A DNA stretch of 62,621 nucleotides, filler included, from Asterionella formosa (lineage: Eukaryota), in assembly GCA_002256025.1 (NCBI GenBank). It is 13 parts of 13 records of this genome, joined end to end, with 100 filler letters (N's around TTAATTAATTAA, not from the genome) between each part and the next. Parts side by side here need not be neighbours in the genome. Positions count along the whole stretch, not along the records: positions 61,216 to 62,621 come from NKIB01002595.1; 12 more parts are not named here. The stretch is one strand, 5' to 3'. Every line of letters starts with the position of its first letter. Position 1 is the first letter of the stretch. The notes under the pieces are model-generated. The model saw only the letters and a list, made by a program, of their open reading frames with translations, ran no database searches and had not been told where the DNA came from. Positions 61,216-62,621 of this stretch are shown piece after piece. The translations under genes and the position numbers were made by a program.

Positions 61216-62621
61216 CAAGGATCATGAATGGGAAGAAAACTTTGCTGCATTCTGGTGGTACCATTGGACTTGGGAAACAGCGAGGAAGGTTGTATCCCGC
61301 CGTATCAAACGGTTTCGAATAAGAGGAGTTGGAACGAAGAGATGTGACAAGAACTGACATAAACATGACACTTCTGTCCGACTCGGTCGATGGAGCAAAA
61401 GAAACGACACCAGTGTCCGGTTATTTGCAAATGGCTGTACTTGATTAAAAACAAATAACCATTTTGTTAGTAACTATTTATGAGTAAATAAAAATTCTTA
61501 CTTCCATCTTTCCCCATAGGAATCAAGCAAAAACGAAAGTGGTCCTGACTAGGAATACTGTGTCATCGATCCGGAAAGTGGGGAACTCATTCGTCTCACA
61601 GTAGCCGAAAAGGAGCGTATCTTTCTGGACGCGCTTCAGTCCTACGATGCCACTGGAAGGCAAATGCTCAAGGATGACGAGTTTGACCTACCGGTATTGA
61701 AGGAAGATTTGCAATGGAACGGATCTGAGCATATATATAGCTAAAACAAGGAAAGACGACATTACAATGAACGTGATGGCTGGTTTTTGAGGATACCGGT
61801 ATGTGATATGCATCAATCCATATCACAAATCATATTATAGTGATGTACATATCAACGCATCTGTATACTTAGATCCTATCCACTGTATAATACTATCATA
61901 TTAACTGTTGACTTTAACTGTATATATTAAACGACAAACATATATATTAATTAACATACTTTATGATTGCTTGATTTATATTCTGTGATGTATCGATAAC
62001 ACTTGCGTACATATTTTATCGTATTTTATTGTCATTGTACTATTTTTACATGATCATATTTTGATCAAAATTATATCATATTTATTTCATAAAATCATCA
62101 TAATTTTAGGATCAATGTATCATAGCTATGTGATGTACTTTATTCAATATTACGTATCATACTTCGGTGATGTATGCATCGATGTAACCTTATCATGATA
62201 TCACAGTATCATCTTATCAATCATGATGAGATGATTGGGAAGCAACTGTATTCTGCATCGTGCTACAGGGTATATTATTATATCACGCAATTTAGTAGCG
62301 AAGTCACTCCGCCTGTAATGTACTAAAGTCGACAGTGCACATACCGGGTACCGGTACTCAAACGCTAATCAGGTTTGAGGCAACGGACAGTGGTTCCAAC
62401 GAGCGAATGATGATACCACGGGTACCAATTTTTCCAACGAAAGAACTTGTCTCTCTATTGATGAGGATGACACGGACACGGACACCGACTTTTTCAGGAG
62501 CAAACAACAATGAAGAGACCCACTTGTCGCTCTATTGATGGTAACAAAGATACGGACAAGTTCAACAGTGAATACAAGAACAACATACCATTGAAAACAA
62601 GTCGACAGTGTGTGCACGCAC
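61216..62621 (+). repeat. Multicopy composite repeat, copy C
   Basis: Colinear with copies A and B. PGRL1 piece has a GAG-to-TAG stop and a 6-bp CCGGTA insertion. Confidence 0.9.

Overview
Eukaryotic nuclear DNA, almost certainly a diatom (GT-AG introns, a bipartite plastid-targeting presequence, diatom-type HSF, H3.3, PGRL1 and CoDi-type Copia elements). The window is not one locus. It is 13 contigs (22,987 bp, 22,962 bp, then eleven of 1,406-1,408 bp) sorted by length and joined by identical 100-bp N44-TTAATTAATTAA-N44 linkers. Contig 1 carries HMG-CoA lyase, a SPRY-domain protein, a GOST/TMEM87-type 7TM protein, an intron-rich histone H3.3, tRNA-Asp, a LarA-family protein and a plastid-type YchF, among Copia, LINE, mariner and Kolobok-like remnants. 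Contig 2 carries an HSF and a small spliced membrane-protein gene in a field of decayed transposons. The short contigs are mostly repeat fragments. Main leads: (1) two unrelated Copia elements have no tRNA-type PBS; the sequence right after the 5' LTR is instead complementary (12/12 and 14-15/15) to an internal LTR segment, the signature of Tf1-like self-priming. (2) An intronless LarA homologue keeps the nickel-pincer-cofactor residues. (3) A multicopy repeat has captured a PGRL1 exon with its splice acceptor. (4) TA-to-TA(N1-5)TA insertions are pervasive, look like transposon excision footprints, and may explain the TACCWGGTA arrays. All family calls are by-eye motif recognition; no database searches were run.
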